A stretch of DNA of 57,379 nucleotides, counting the filler, from Sphacelaria rigidula (lineage: Eukaryota): NCBI GenBank assembly GCA_964200075.2. It is 7 parts of 7 records of this genome, joined end to end, with 100 filler letters (N's around TTAATTAATTAA, not from the genome) between each part and the next. Parts side by side here need not be neighbours in the genome. Positions count along the whole stretch, not along the records: positions 8,213 to 16,324 come from CAXNAA020012262.1; positions 16,425 to 24,536 come from CAXNAA020012263.1; 5 more parts are not named here. One strand, given 5' to 3'. The notes beneath the pieces are model-generated. The model did not search any database. It saw only the letters and a program-made list of their open reading frames with translations, and had not been told where the DNA came from. Below, piece by piece: positions 11,928 through 24,636 of this stretch. Numbering within the stretch: the stretch's first letter is position 1; the number at the start of each line of letters is the position of its first letter. A program made the translations under genes and the position numbers.

Positions 11928-12295
11928 CGTGTGTGTGTGTTGTCCCATGTATTCTGGACACCGGCCTACACCTTTCGGTTTTTGTGGGCGCACAAGCCGG
12001 AGTCACACAGGAGGAAGGCCAACAGAGGAGTTCTTCTTTTTTGTTTGTCTTTCATTTTCCACCTTCCTTCTACGGCGCTTGCCTTTATTTTTTTATCGCG
12101 AGAGGGGGGTCAGCAGTCCCTTTCCCTCGTCGACCCATGAAGTCGCATTTTGTGTACCCACGACATAGTCTTTCTCCACTGTTGGGCAGTGTGTGATAAA
12201 AAATCCTGGATCGTGTGACTTCACCGATATTCGAACCCACGACCCAACCGTAGACAGGTTTCGAGGTTACCAGCCGAGCCACCGGGGCGACCGGC
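11928..12295 (-). mobile_element. tRNA-derived SINE, family A (inverted copy)
   Basis: Reverse complement of the 10845 copy. Head gccggtcgccccggTGGCTCGGCTGG...GGTTCGAATA. Confidence 0.82.
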
Positions 12296-12629
12296 TACTG
12301 TGTGTACAGTAGAAATGACGACATGTCGAACACTGGACTACCCCCGCCCCGCAGTCATCATCTTTTTCAAGACCCACAGAAGTCATCAGCCGGAGGCGGT
12401 GGTCAGCGGGGGCGATGGGGTATATCTTTTACAGCACGCCAGTACACTACAGTACAGTAGTAACTGGTAAGACACCAATAATGTTGTACCCTCAAGAGAT
12501 CATCTCCCGCGCGTGTGCTTCAAGGGGGTGGTATATCACGTACGGGTGGTGTGTATCTTGTTGAACCGTTCAGATTACTCCTCAGTATTTACCTTGCCGT
12601 GGGCTTGACCGAGTAAAACCGAGGTGGAA

Positions 12630-12761
12630 TCAACCGTTTTGGAACCCGTTTACAATTTTTGTTTTTGTGAATCGGCATCATTTTCAGTGATCTTCAAGTC
12701 GAAATGATGCCGACTCTTCGAATTAAAAACAAAAATCGTCAGTAGGTTCCAAAGGGGTTAA
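12630..12761. mobile_element. Fold-back MITE related to the TTAA family
   Basis: aaccgttttggaacc...ggttccaaaggggttaa ends, with inner arms tttttgtttt..gaatcggcatcattt / aaatgatgccgactc..aaaacaaaaa. Confidence 0.65.
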
Positions 12762-13358
12762 GGAATTGTATGTGGAGTATGTCCAAGCAATGTAAGGTCT
12801 ATGGAGGAAAAGATAACCTCGATTGGATACTGGAAACTAACTTCGGTGGTTACGGCTCCTCCGAAGAGTTGGAAAATCGGAACAATGTCCCGCGGTTTTG
12901 GGTAATTTTGTTGTTGTCAATGTTGTCATACCTCTTTTTATGAAGATGCATTTAATTAGATCTCAAAATGATTTTTTTTAATGAGAAAATGAAGGGGGGG
13001 AAAATCCCATGAGAACGCGGGAGGGAAACGCAGAAAAGGTTTGTCACAATCTCAACTCTCATTTTTTTTTTTTTGTCATGTCCATAAGATGGGGCCTTAC
13101 TGTTATTCTTGCTGCTGCTGTTGAATGTGTTGGGCCATGTTCCTCATTTCAACCTTGACGTTGTCTTCCCTGTCGCCCCCTTGTCCTAAAAAAAAATCCA
13201 AACATTTATTCTTATTTTCATTGTATATTCTTTTTGTATTATATATTCATTTTTCATATTTTCATCATACACAGACGTGTTTGTTCTTTTTGCCTCATCA
13301 TGTATTCTTGTATTATAATAGTCTTATATTGTGTCTTGTGTCTTGTTTTTTGCTGCAG

Positions 13359-13460
13359 GCACAGAAGGTCATCGACTTTTACGCGGAAAACGGACCCGCT
13401 GCATCCCTTGTCAAGCGCGTCGACCTTAACCTTGCCCAGTATGACGCGCACGGACACTGA
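13359..13460 (+). CDS. TKT: Transketolase, last coding exon
   Basis: Polypyrimidine tract then cag|. Encodes AQKVIDFYAENGPAASLVKRVDLNLAQYDAHGH followed by TGA. Phase 0, matching the preceding exon. Confidence 0.85.
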   Translation, partial: AQKVIDFYAENGPAASLVKRVDLNLAQYDAHGH

Positions 13461-15087
13461 AAATACACTGAATAGTGGCGACAGGGCAAGCTTATCTCTC
13501 GGTAGCCAGGAAAGAAAAGGCCCGAAGGAACGGGAGATCTCATTTTTGACGTCGCGTGTTGTCCCTGGCGGTATCTGCATGCCGTGAAAGGGCCTATGAT
13601 ATGTGGGACAGGGAGGGGGAACAGAGGGTCCCAAGGACAGTGGTCGATCAGTAGACGATAAGTTGCCCCTCGCTCAAACACGAAAAATGATGGAAGCGTT
13701 TTTTTTTTCGCGTACAGTATATATAAAAATAATGAGGTGCATGCAGCAGTGTATTTAGTCTCCTAGCCAAGTTGAAATGCGACAATCAACTAAAACTAAC
13801 AGTGTACTGTAGGCCTCGAGGTGGTTCCACTACTAGGGCGACGATTCATTACACTCGGGGGGGGGGGGAAGGGGGGTTCGTAAGAGTTCAGACCAGGGCG
13901 TGATGTGCCTGGACAAAGGTCAAGGCGCCTGGAATTTGCGAGGATCCTTGCTAGGTTCCGCAAGATCATACTTGCCTCTCCGGTATCGTCATGACCCTTG
14001 CTTTGCTGTTCAAAGCACTAGATTTTGGCATGTTTGATTTCATGGGATATTCGCGCGTAGTCGGGGGGGGTGCGGGGGGGTGATGAGAAGATGGGGCTGC
14101 AAGAATGAGGTATATGATGACGCAGCTCGGGTTGTCCCCCACCGGTTTGTCACGCGATTGTCTCTAGTTTATTTTTGTTCCTGTCTTTTGGTGCGTTTGA
14201 GATGTGTGTTTCTTGTGTCGGTCTCTCGCCAGAACAAAATAAGACTGAAATTTGTGTGGATGGTCACACGATATTTGTAAATCTCGCACTTCGTTCCCCT
14301 ATTACTAGGGCTGTGGACTGGACCAGTTTATACTGTCGATTAAGCTGGATAAACTGGCGACGAGGGCGCCAGTTTATCCAGCGTATTTGAGGTGTGCCGT
14401 TACCGGCTATTCTATACTTCGTACTAATTTTAGTATAGTGAGTTTATAAAAAAGGGCGCTTAGACCACTACACACAATTCGGCTGTACAATTCAGGCCCG
14501 CACTTCACAGTTGCAGAGGAATATGGGGTATCATCTGAGACGGAGGGCGCTTCGAAGGCGTCGACAGAAATTGGTTGCGTCGATGATACGTGAAGCAGCG
14601 GTGCACAGCTTGATGCTTCGTCTTTCATGGTTCGGTCGACTTGTACCGCATGGGTCTGGCGTTCTGTAGTGGTACCACAGCATATGCAGAACAGGTTTGC
14701 CCTGGGACAGTCACTTTCCGACTACATCGAGTGTTTTCTGCTTTTTTGCCCCGTCTGCTTCGTTGGTACCTCGTGTTCTGCAGTTTTCCGTTTTTTCGGC
14801 CGTATCGTGTAGGTCGACGACTTGTCCGTCGAATGAGGAGATTGAAAAATGATGAAGAAGTTGCGACGTATGTACAGCGCCACGCCCGATCCTCCAACTT
14901 GCCAGTTGCATGATGAGTGTTTTGAACATGATTAAAACACATGCTCACTACACATTGAAGTGATATGGCGGATATATCCCAGGGTTTGTCGTTTCTTTGC
15001 ATACCATCCGAAAACAAAATGATAACAAACGGTACCCCACGATCACAAGATACAAAATGCACCATGGCTTGCTGTTCAACTACACAT

Positions 15088-15684
15088 CAACAATGTTTTC
15101 GTGAGATTGAGAGTAGAGGATACGATCGAGAGTGAAAAGCGGTCAATGAATCAATGAATCGTTTCAGTTCCAAAATGCTCCTGCGCGAGGCCCGATAATA
15201 TGCTTCCTGTAGTAGCTGGCCACTGAGACCTTTGATATCCCTGAGTAGGATATCGACGTATAACAACGTATTCGTGAGATTGAGAGTAGAGCGCGGATTG
15301 AGTGGCATTGATCATTCGCTTTAACTTAGCCAATTTTTCATTCCATGCGTGCTTTTCTTTGCCTCTATCCCTGCGGTGTGCTTACAGCTACATGTCGATA
15401 TCCTACTCAGGGATAGCAAGGACCTCAGTGGCAAGGTACTACAGAAAGAATATCGGGCCTCGTTAAGGGGCATTTCGGAACTGAAATGGTTCATTCACTA
15501 ATTGACCACTTTTCACTGTCAATCGTATCCTCTGCTCTCAATCTCACAAAAACATTGTTGTATAATGGAGGCAAAGAAAAGCACACACTTGAATGAAACA
15601 TTGAAAGATTGGCCAAGTTAAAGCGAATGATCAAAGCCACTCTCAATTAGCGCTCTACTCTCAATCTCACGAAAACGTTGTTAT
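15088..15684. mobile_element. ~300-bp MITE containing a second, inverted copy of itself
   Basis: TIR acaacgttttcgtgagattgagagtagag occurs four times. Inner copy ~15263-15560. Uninterrupted reference copy at 56393-56685. Confidence 0.82.
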
Positions 15685-16324
15685 ACATGCGTACTACGTG
15701 TTCGTCAGCCCGAACGTCAAAACATTTGCGCCCTCATCGCCAAGTAAGTGCTGCCAGCCTTGGCTTCCTTGTTCCAATCCTCCGCTCCTCACGGTGAGTC
15801 TCTGCTGCTGCATGCTACAGATGAACGATTTTGGAGCCGTTCACCGCTTTGAATGAGATTTTAATATAATCTCATCAGCCTCTTACGGCCCTCAACGTGA
15901 GGGGTCACATTTTTGACAACTTTTCACACTTTTGAAGGGAAAGCAAGCCAAATACCGCAATTTTACTGGCCTCCGGCGGAGCTCTCGCGAGGCCCCCTCA
16001 CCGACCGGGGGGGTCGTTAAGGCGAGCGGCTTCGCTGCTCGCCGTCCATGTTTTTCCGTTGTAGTTTTGCTGGCGACCTCGGAGTCAATCGCCATACGCT
16101 AAAACCCCTGATTCAAAAGGACCATGGATACTTGATAAAAATCAAACAGCCGATCATCAAAATTGAGGGTGGGGTTCTTCATTGAAGATGATAACCCGGG
16201 AAAAGTTGGGATATTCCTACAGTATACACACCAATTCTTTGAAATATGATTGCACTCCTTCACCTGCCTACTAACAGGGTTGCCAGAAAAATCAGAACGT
16301 ATTTTGAAATGAGAATCAACCGCT

Positions 16325-16424
16325 NNNNNNNNNNNNNNNNNNNNNNNNNNNNNNNNNNNNNNNNNNNNTTAATTAATTAANNNNNNNNNNNNNNNNNNNN
16401 NNNNNNNNNNNNNNNNNNNNNNNN
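16325..16424. other. Artificial contig spacer
   Basis: Same 100-nt structure. Confidence 0.98.
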
Positions 16425-18848
16425 AACGACGATCTGGCTCGAAATTTCGAGCAACAAATGGCCCAAAATACCCCCACCCCTATCGTAGGATGGCTCACCA
16501 CCACTATACCCTCCACGCTAATCGATACAGGAGTAGACGTTAACGTTCCGTCTGAGAGTACACCGACTGGTAGGCTCACCCTTGATTCCGGAACCACCGC
16601 TTGGTGCCAATCCTGCCCCGAACCCACCCAACACGAGGTAGACGCTTCAAGAGATGGTGTATTCAAGGAACGTTTGACTCTCTTCTCCCACGCCGATTGA
16701 GCCCGGGAACAACAGGCAGAACCTCCTTGTAAAGCAGTTATCCATTATCTTTCAAAAGGTTGTCCATGTCCATTCTCAGAAACTGAATTCCTTTTGCCAG
16801 TCAGGAATCTCAAAGCGCCCACCCAGGATGAAGTTACTGAACTTTCAAGGAAAGGTATGCTACATAGGGATGATGATGGTGTAGTTCTGTTAGTTCGCCG
16901 GCCCACAGCAACCTTCCCCAGGGGGAAGCCTACAAGTCGACATGCCCGCTTGCTAGGTGATGAACCCGTCCGCATCTATGTTCCGATGCTCCTGCGCCCG
17001 TGGGTTCTACACGAATGACATGATCAGGCATCGACTCATTCAGGCGCCATTAGGACCTCCCAGATGTTGGAACGTTTTTATTGGTGGATTTGTATGGATC
17101 AGTGTTGTCGTTGGTGGGTGAGGCGTTGTCTTTTGTGTCAGGCGCGAAAAACTTCTCGTCAACCTGTTCGTTGGCCGACTGTTTCCATGCCACTCCCAAA
17201 CGGGTCTGGTGAAGTAGTGTCGTGGGACTATTTTGGTCCTTTGCCCCTGACGGATAGTGGGAATAAGTATATTTTATTGTTTACGGATAGATTTAGTCGA
17301 CATGCGGGGATGCACGCCGTTCCCCCCAGTAGTTATACCGTGGAAGGTACCGCCAACATTCTTGTCTACATGTACATCCCACTGTGGGAACGGCCCTCAT
17401 TTTTCAGGCAAACGTTCTGCCGCCGTCAGTGACCTTTTGGGTGCCCCTGGCATTTTCACTAGTTCATATCACCCTTCCACCAATGGTGGAACGGAACGAG
17501 TGAACCATACGATGGCACAGATGCTTGCTGCTGTAGTAAATGAGAGACAGATGGACTGGGATTTGCACCTGCCCCTTGTCCAAATGAACTACAACAATTC
17601 AGTCAATGCCGCTACGGGATTGTCGCCGAATGAAATTCATATTGGACGCATGCCTGGGTTACCTTTGACGGTATTCGAACGCAAAAATACAGGTGGACAT
17701 CAGTGTCTGGATCGTGATGTTGCAGAGTATCATTTGTCGGCTAGCAATCGTCTTCGTCTTGCATATGAAGTGGTGCGAGAACAGAACCAAATCAATTTGA
17801 GGTCAGGGCGAACTCGATGTTGGGTGATTTGGTGCATAACCGCGCGGTGTGGAAGGTAGGCCAATGGTCATGGGTGTAAAACGATGTGAAGACCATCGAT
17901 CAAAGGGCTAGCTCGAAATCATCATCTTTGGATAAAGTGTTGAAGGCGAAACTATCCTTGAATTGGACTGGTCCTTGGGAAGGTTTAGCTGTTGGTCTAA
18001 GCGCTACCGCACCCGACAAGAGTCCGGTGGGCGCGAAACTTTTGTGAACGTATTTTCCCACGGATGAGCCTGGTTTGAAACCGAAAAATCATATCTCGAT
18101 GCTCCGATGCAAACCATGTATCCCCCCTCCTGGCTCCACCGACCTGCCCAAACAACTGTCGGTAGGGCTTAGCCAGTATGTGTTGACCAAGTATGCGATC
18201 AAAACTCCGCCGTATCATATGACGGTTGAGGATGCGGACGCACCCCTGGAACGCGTTGAGGTGGATAGGATTTCGGGTCATCAACTGGTTCGCGGTCGTG
18301 GAGTTAAGATAGCGATAATGCATCAAACACATTGGAAGGGTATAATGCGTGTTACATGGGAGCGTGAAGTTGATTTGCGTCATTTTCGTCGGGAAATATT
18401 GCTGTACTGGGTTGGAGATACCGTCCAACGCCGCCCGTTGAATAAGAGATATCGGTCGATGCGCAAGGGAGCTGCCGCTCGGGAACTGGCACGTGAACAC
18501 TCAGCGCGGTTTGTTGTGACAGGCTATAGCCTTATTTCGCGCTCATAATACCTTCAGTGTTTTCACGGAACACGATTGCCGAACGGGGCGTATTTTTGGT
18601 ATAAAACCTTGGATTCACCGTGGTGGTTGGGAAAAATTCATTTGGTCGATCCTGCGTCTGACCACTCCTACTTTATCCGTTTCCTTGATGACTCGAGCCC
18701 CCTTAAAATTCGCTTGGATGATGCTTACTACACCGAGGAGCCGACCGCTCGGAGGGGATCCTGGTGCCTCCAACGACCCAATCATGGCGAACTCGAAACA
18801 GCCGTTCTACGGAACACGGACATCGCTTGGGATGCAGATGACTCATGA
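16425..18848 (+). mobile_element. Decayed Ty3/Gypsy LTR-retrotransposon pol 3' part (integrase with GPY/F, chromo-like and PWWP-like tail)
   Basis: Zn-binding H..H...YWW...CLLC, core WDYFGP...FTDRFSR and YHPSTNGGTERVNHT, YNNSVNAATGLSP, AKLSLNWTGPW (GPY/F-type). Broken by several stops and frameshifts. Truncated at the contig start. Confidence 0.92.
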
Positions 18849-20117
18849 TGCATCCGAGTCTTCTTCCCCATTCACCTTGCGTAGTGTACCGCGTTCGAGT
18901 CGTTTGTCTTGCACCGTAGCGTCGTTGGAAAACCATGCCCCCCCCCCCTCCCGCTCTTCATTTTGTTTCGTACTGATTAGCCCCGTACTTGTAGTGTTTG
19001 ATGTTGTGTTTTGTATTTGGCATTCTGTCTTTTGTTTTTGCATTTTGTCTTTTTTTGTGTTGTGTTTTATTTTTTGTTGCTTTGGACCCTGATCTTGTGT
19101 TTCGGTTTTCTTTGCCTTGCGTCATTTGTTTTGATTTGTTTTTGTCTTTGTTGTTTGTTGTTTGTCTTCTCTTCTTTTCTTCTCTTTTTGCCTCGTGCTT
19201 TGTTTTCGATTTTTTGTGTTCAATGGGTAATTTTCTTGGTTAATCCTGGGTTCATCTGGCAAAGTACAAGTGACGACCGTCCAATTCCTGACCCCGAGTC
19301 TGGAACCTTGAATCTCCGTCCTCCGCGCCGTACATTCACAACCATTCCGTCTACCGAAACAGTTGCCACGAGTTTTTATTTCTTCATTTTTTTCGTTGTA
19401 CGCAGACCTTGTCTTGCTTTGTTATCACATGGTCTTTATTTTTGAATTGTTTGTTTCGATGGAAGAGTTTTCGGAGCAAGCGCTAGCCATACCTGACGCC
19501 CACGCCTGGGACATTTGCGCTCTTGCTCAATCGCTCCGCACGCGAGTGCCGCCTCCCTCTTCGGGACCGGTCATGACGTGCCTTTTTTGTGTAATATGTT
19601 GTCGGTATTTTGTTTTTTAATTCTTGTCTTTTCTGCTTAGAATTTTAGGAGCGAGCGCTAGATATACCTGACGCCCCTGTCTGGTATACTTGCGTTCTTG
19701 CCCAACTGCTCCGTACACGCATGCCACCTCCCTCTTCGGGATCGGTCGTGACGTGTCCCCTTTTTGTGTGCGCACCGCGTTGATTTTCACATTGATATGG
19801 GTTTGCCTGAAATGTTTTGACCTTCTTGGCTGATTTTTGACCCTGCTTGCATCATACACACGATAACCGCTCCCGTTTACAAGGATGCTTGCCACGTGTT
19901 GTTTTTTCTGCTCTCTGTTGCGGATATTTCGTTTTCGCTGTTGCCGAGCGTGTCCCTGGTTTTGTATTCATTCTTCGTCTTGGTTTCTGCATCTATGTCG
20001 GGAACTTCGCCACGAGTGTTCCAATGTTTCTGACCCTCAAGTCTAGAACACCTGGCCTACTTTTTTTCGCGAGTCCTGCCGCATGTGATCGACCTCGTTT
20101 ATAGGAGGGTCACGGGT
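18849..20117 (+). mobile_element. Probable 3' non-coding region of the Gypsy element, ending in a purine-rich tract
   Basis: T-rich non-coding stretch with an internal duplication (~19470-19620 vs ~19645-19790) and ATAGGAGGGTCACGGG at ~20101-20116. LTR limits could not be fixed. Confidence 0.4.
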
Positions 20118-23100
20118 AATGCAACGCGATGATTTATACTTTGGTGATTGGTAAGTTACAACGAGGCCACCACTGGCCGCGTTGTACATAGCGGCGTTGT
20201 AGAATTGTTATTGAAGTCGCGGTAAGATCGGTTGCAAACGTCCCCTCATACAGGACCATTTCGTATCATGGTCAGGTAGATCGCTCTTTCGGAAGTGTCC
20301 GTTCCGCCATGTCGATATTCGACCATTGTTACAGCCTTCAGGCTCAGAGTCCGCTACTCGCAATAATTTTTTCTGTCACTTTTACCAGTTTTTTGCGTAC
20401 AATTACCCGCCCCTGAAATCGGTCGGTGGTGTTTTGTTTTTATCGGGGAATATTGGACGAAGTAACGTGACGGTACGAACGGCTGTGGTTTTCACTCCAG
20501 CGTGTGTTCGGGCCAGTCTCGTTTTAGCCCAAACGGGCAAATACAACGAGGAGTGGGCTGCGTTGGTCCTCTCTGTTCTGTGTATTTGTCGTGGTTCAGA
20601 AATGTGCTGAGCGATCCGCCTCGGAACTACGTAGTAGGACCGAAGGTTGTGTATCGTTCACTACGTTTCTTTTAACGAGTACGGACACCTGACCTTCCAA
20701 ACCGGTCGGTTGTTTTCGTATCGTCGTGTGAGAAAGAAAAAAAAATGCTGTACCACTGGATCATCAACCAGACGTCCCAAGCAAGTCGTTGCTCTCACAA
20801 ACATGTACCGACAATTAACTCACGTCAAACGGGTTGGTTTGTCCGTGTCATGCCATTTTTATTTATTTATCAACGTGTGGTTTTCGCGGGAAACTACCAT
20901 TTCCGCCACGAAATCGGCTGTACGTTGCTGGCTTTTGCTGATTGACTGGGACGAGTGATTAGCATGAACTTAGTTATCGGAGTGATACAATCCCATGGCG
21001 GGCTTACTTGTTTTTCTACCAATGACCTAAAACACACCGGACATCCGAAAAAGAGTGAACTATTTGTTCATGATATAGCTATGACAGAGTATTATGATCG
21101 TTTCAATGATAGGTCTCTGATTTCCAATGGCTCTCCCGGAAATACTCACGGCATTCTGAAGACACTGCATTTTGTGGTATATGGTTTGATTGTTGAGTTT
21201 GGATTTTTTTTTTGGATTTCCCATGTCTCCGCCTGAAAGGCTCACGGAACATGAGAACAAGTACTATTGTATCGGTGCGGTTTGTTTTTTCTTTGCTTTG
21301 TGCTTGTGATGGTGTTTGTGTGTTCATTGATTTTTTTGTGTTGATAGCCCCTTCCCGTACCCCGTACCAACGAAGACTTGAATTTCAAATGGAGTCTCAG
21401 TTTTCTGTGGTGTGGGAGAGGTGTGGCTCGATGCAAGTTCGTCCCTTCTGAAACGTGACTGCACTTGAACGATCCAGGATGGGCTAATGTGATGGTAAAT
21501 GACTGAGTGCCTGAATTAAACTAGTTCTTTGGGGATGCAGATGATCCCCAGAAACGACCGACTGGTATGGAAAGATTCGAGTCGAACGTGTGTTGTGGTA
21601 AGGCAGGACTTGGATTGTTTTCTTATTGTTGGCGCAGGTGGTTGAAGGTAGATAGATTGTACCAGATTAGCCGCGTTTACCTACTGCTACTACGTTGTTT
21701 GGCTTAAGGTACAGCACGCCACGGTGATTTTGTATTATGACGAGGTTGTAAGCGGGGCAGACGGACGTACCGATAGAACAGCTGCCCCCAGCTGTTCTAC
21801 CCACCTGTCTCACTCGAACACACCGACCGCAGCCTACAAACACCTGTTGGATAAAGAAGAGCTTTTCCCCATCACTTACCATCCTCGGTCTCTCCGCCTC
21901 CACGGTCGCGAGCCATAGCATTGAAGTGAGTCTAAGCTGTGCTGTACTTCTACCCTCATCCACAATTATTACTTGTTTTCTAGCTTTGGGGCTGTGGGGT
22001 TTTCCCTTTTGACAGCTGGGCTATTGGACTGAGGTATTGAACCAACAGCTTGAGTGTAGCAAGTCGAACCAGGATCGCTTGTTGACACCTCACAAGGGTG
22101 TGGCTTGCTTGCGTTCGGCGTATACGGTTTTACTGCTTGCGGTATTGCCCATAACGCCACAGAGCTGCGCCAGCCTGAAAGCGGATTTAATTTGTAGTTT
22201 GCAGGCGAATTCGTATTTTTTTCGGAGAGTTGGACACTGAAAATTGGTATGGATAAGCAACAGGGCGAAGAAAAAATATTATGCCGAGTCTCAAAGAATT
22301 GTTTTGGTGGTTTAAACTCATTTAACTCAAACCTGAAAACTGATTATTACCCAAAACTTATGAAAAAGACGGAAAACTTTGGGACCCGGCATGAGGTTTT
22401 TCCTCCATGCTCCATTGATCGTACATACGGAATTTCAGGATTCAACTCCAACTAAAAAATTGTGAATTTGACATTTAAAACCCGGACCGGTGGGAATGCG
22501 GAACAGTATTTTGCAGGCCGTCTACCGGCCCACGTTCGGTGTTTGCGCATTGAAGCATTGTGCGGGACCTCATTAGGTCATGATGAACCAAACAAAAAAG
22601 ATCAGGCTGGTTTTGATGAATTTTTTCCGCTGGTTTAACGCGTTTTAGTATGGTGACGACTATTTTTTTCCGAGAACGTCCTAGCCTTTCCGCCCCCCCA
22701 ACAAAGTAAAGGCCCATTTTTTTTCCAGTATAACTCTGTGGTTCTTCATACTAAGTTTCAATTACAATTCTAAAAGTTGAGCTAAACAATTCAGGTAAGG
22801 CCTAAGAGTAATGTTCATTTCTACTCAAAACTCCACTATAAAACACGAAAAAAGGCAAGAAAACGAACAAAAGTAAAAAGTTATTTTGTTTTTTCAATTT
22901 TATTATACTCTAGCGGTTCTCCATACGAAGTTTCACAGCACAGCTCTAAAAAGTTGACACGCGATATTCAGGGCATCTTGCGCCTCTGTTCGTAATATTT
23001 TGATTCAAGTGTAGAACATTATTTGCGCAATATGTCGAGAGACAGATTACGAATTAGGTGAGCGTGGGGGTATCTATCGTCTCCCCGTGCTCCAGGGAAG

Positions 23101-23169
23101 GTTCACACAAAATACTGTTTTAAGAGTACGTCTAATTGACCCGCTTGCACGGGAGCATTCACACGTAAT

Positions 23170-23498
23170 CTTAGTTAGACATATATAATATAAGTATCAT
23201 GTATATTTTAGCACATATTTTTATACATATGATATAGCATATACTGCCCCTTAATTAATATTCATATATATAAATATATTGTGGATAATATAAACAATAT
23301 AGTATATATTAAGAAGATGTATAATATAGACCAATAATATAGACCTATGTTATTTGATATATAATATATGAACTATACTATATGAAATATAATGTATAAA
23401 ATATGATATATGAAATATGCTTTATGAAATACAATATACGAATTATACTATATAATATATAGTATAGAATATAGAATATAGAATATAGAATATAGAAG
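23170..23498. repeat. Very AT-rich low-complexity tract ending in (ATATAGA)n
   Basis: Directly visible composition and 7-bp tandem units. Confidence 0.75.
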
Positions 23499-24536
23499 GA
23501 TCTCTACTGTCTACGGCAGCTGACCGCATCCGCCAACGCTTCGGCAAAAAATCAGGGGACACATGGCTTGGTACCCCCCCCCCCCTCAAAAACTCGAATT
23601 TTCGATCTTGGGGCCTACGTGTCCCGAATTTTGTTTTCAACTGCCCCTTGGTCACACATAAAAAAACGGGGTGCAGGACATCACACATTTTTCATACTGT
23701 ACTGTATTCTTTACTTGGGCGGGTGGAGATAGTTCTCGGAAAATTCACGGTATGGGAGCAGGTGATGATGAATATAATGGTGCTTTTGGCCAAACCGAGG
23801 CAGGTGATGATGATAACAATTATTATTTTCCCCAAGAGGATCAAATCTGGAACCATATATGTGAGTTGCCTGCCACCTCTGCTCGTGATGGACAATCTCG
23901 GATGAACTGCATCACTTTTGAGCACGAGCTCATGCACAGGTCATACACACGACGACAGCCCCGGAAAAATCGCGCTGCTTTTCAGCAGCATCGAGCAAAT
24001 ACAGCTAGCACACACACACACAAAACAGCTAGCACATACACACCCTCTGTTTGTCTGTCAGTCTGCCTCTGTCTCTCTTTTTTTCTCTATCGCTCGCTCT
24101 CACACACACATACACATATTGTCTGTGTTGGATTTCCTGACTGAGCTGCGTCGCGTTTTCAATAGCTGTATTTTGTAGAGTGGGGTCGGGTGACGCTCAC
24201 AGGTTTTCACACGATACGTTTGTCATCTCATGACCATTGATCATCCTCAACGTAAGCCTATTACGCTGAGTCGCATGCAGTTATACTGGTGAGAAAATAA
24301 ATCGGCGAAGCTTTCGCGACCTCTTTGCGGTGCTGTCAGTGCAGGGGGTGCCTGAAACGGACAGCTGCTTCCAGCTTGTATAATTTTGGTGCAAACCCCA
24401 TAGTTCTGTACCCGCGGTCGAAATTCATATTTCGTGTGGTGAGCTCAGGTTTCAGTGGGTAACTGAGTTATTGTAAGCGCCGTGTCTACGACGGAGATTG
24501 CCTGCTCAGGGGGGGGGTGCTATACAGCGTCCTACT

Positions 24537-24636
24537 NNNNNNNNNNNNNNNNNNNNNNNNNNNNNNNNNNNNNNNNNNNNTTAATTAATTAANNNNNNNN
24601 NNNNNNNNNNNNNNNNNNNNNNNNNNNNNNNNNNNN
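24537..24636. other. Artificial contig spacer
   Basis: Same 100-nt structure. Confidence 0.98.

Noticed and set aside
18940-19450. Hydrophobic F/L/V/C-rich ORFs resembling membrane proteins (also ~1305-1750, 24984-25468)
   Set aside because: They arise from T-rich or microsatellite low-complexity sequence that is open in several frames.
23671-24144. 157-aa ORF with an acidic segment
   Set aside because: No recognisable domain or convincing splice sites, and it runs into CA/CT microsatellites.
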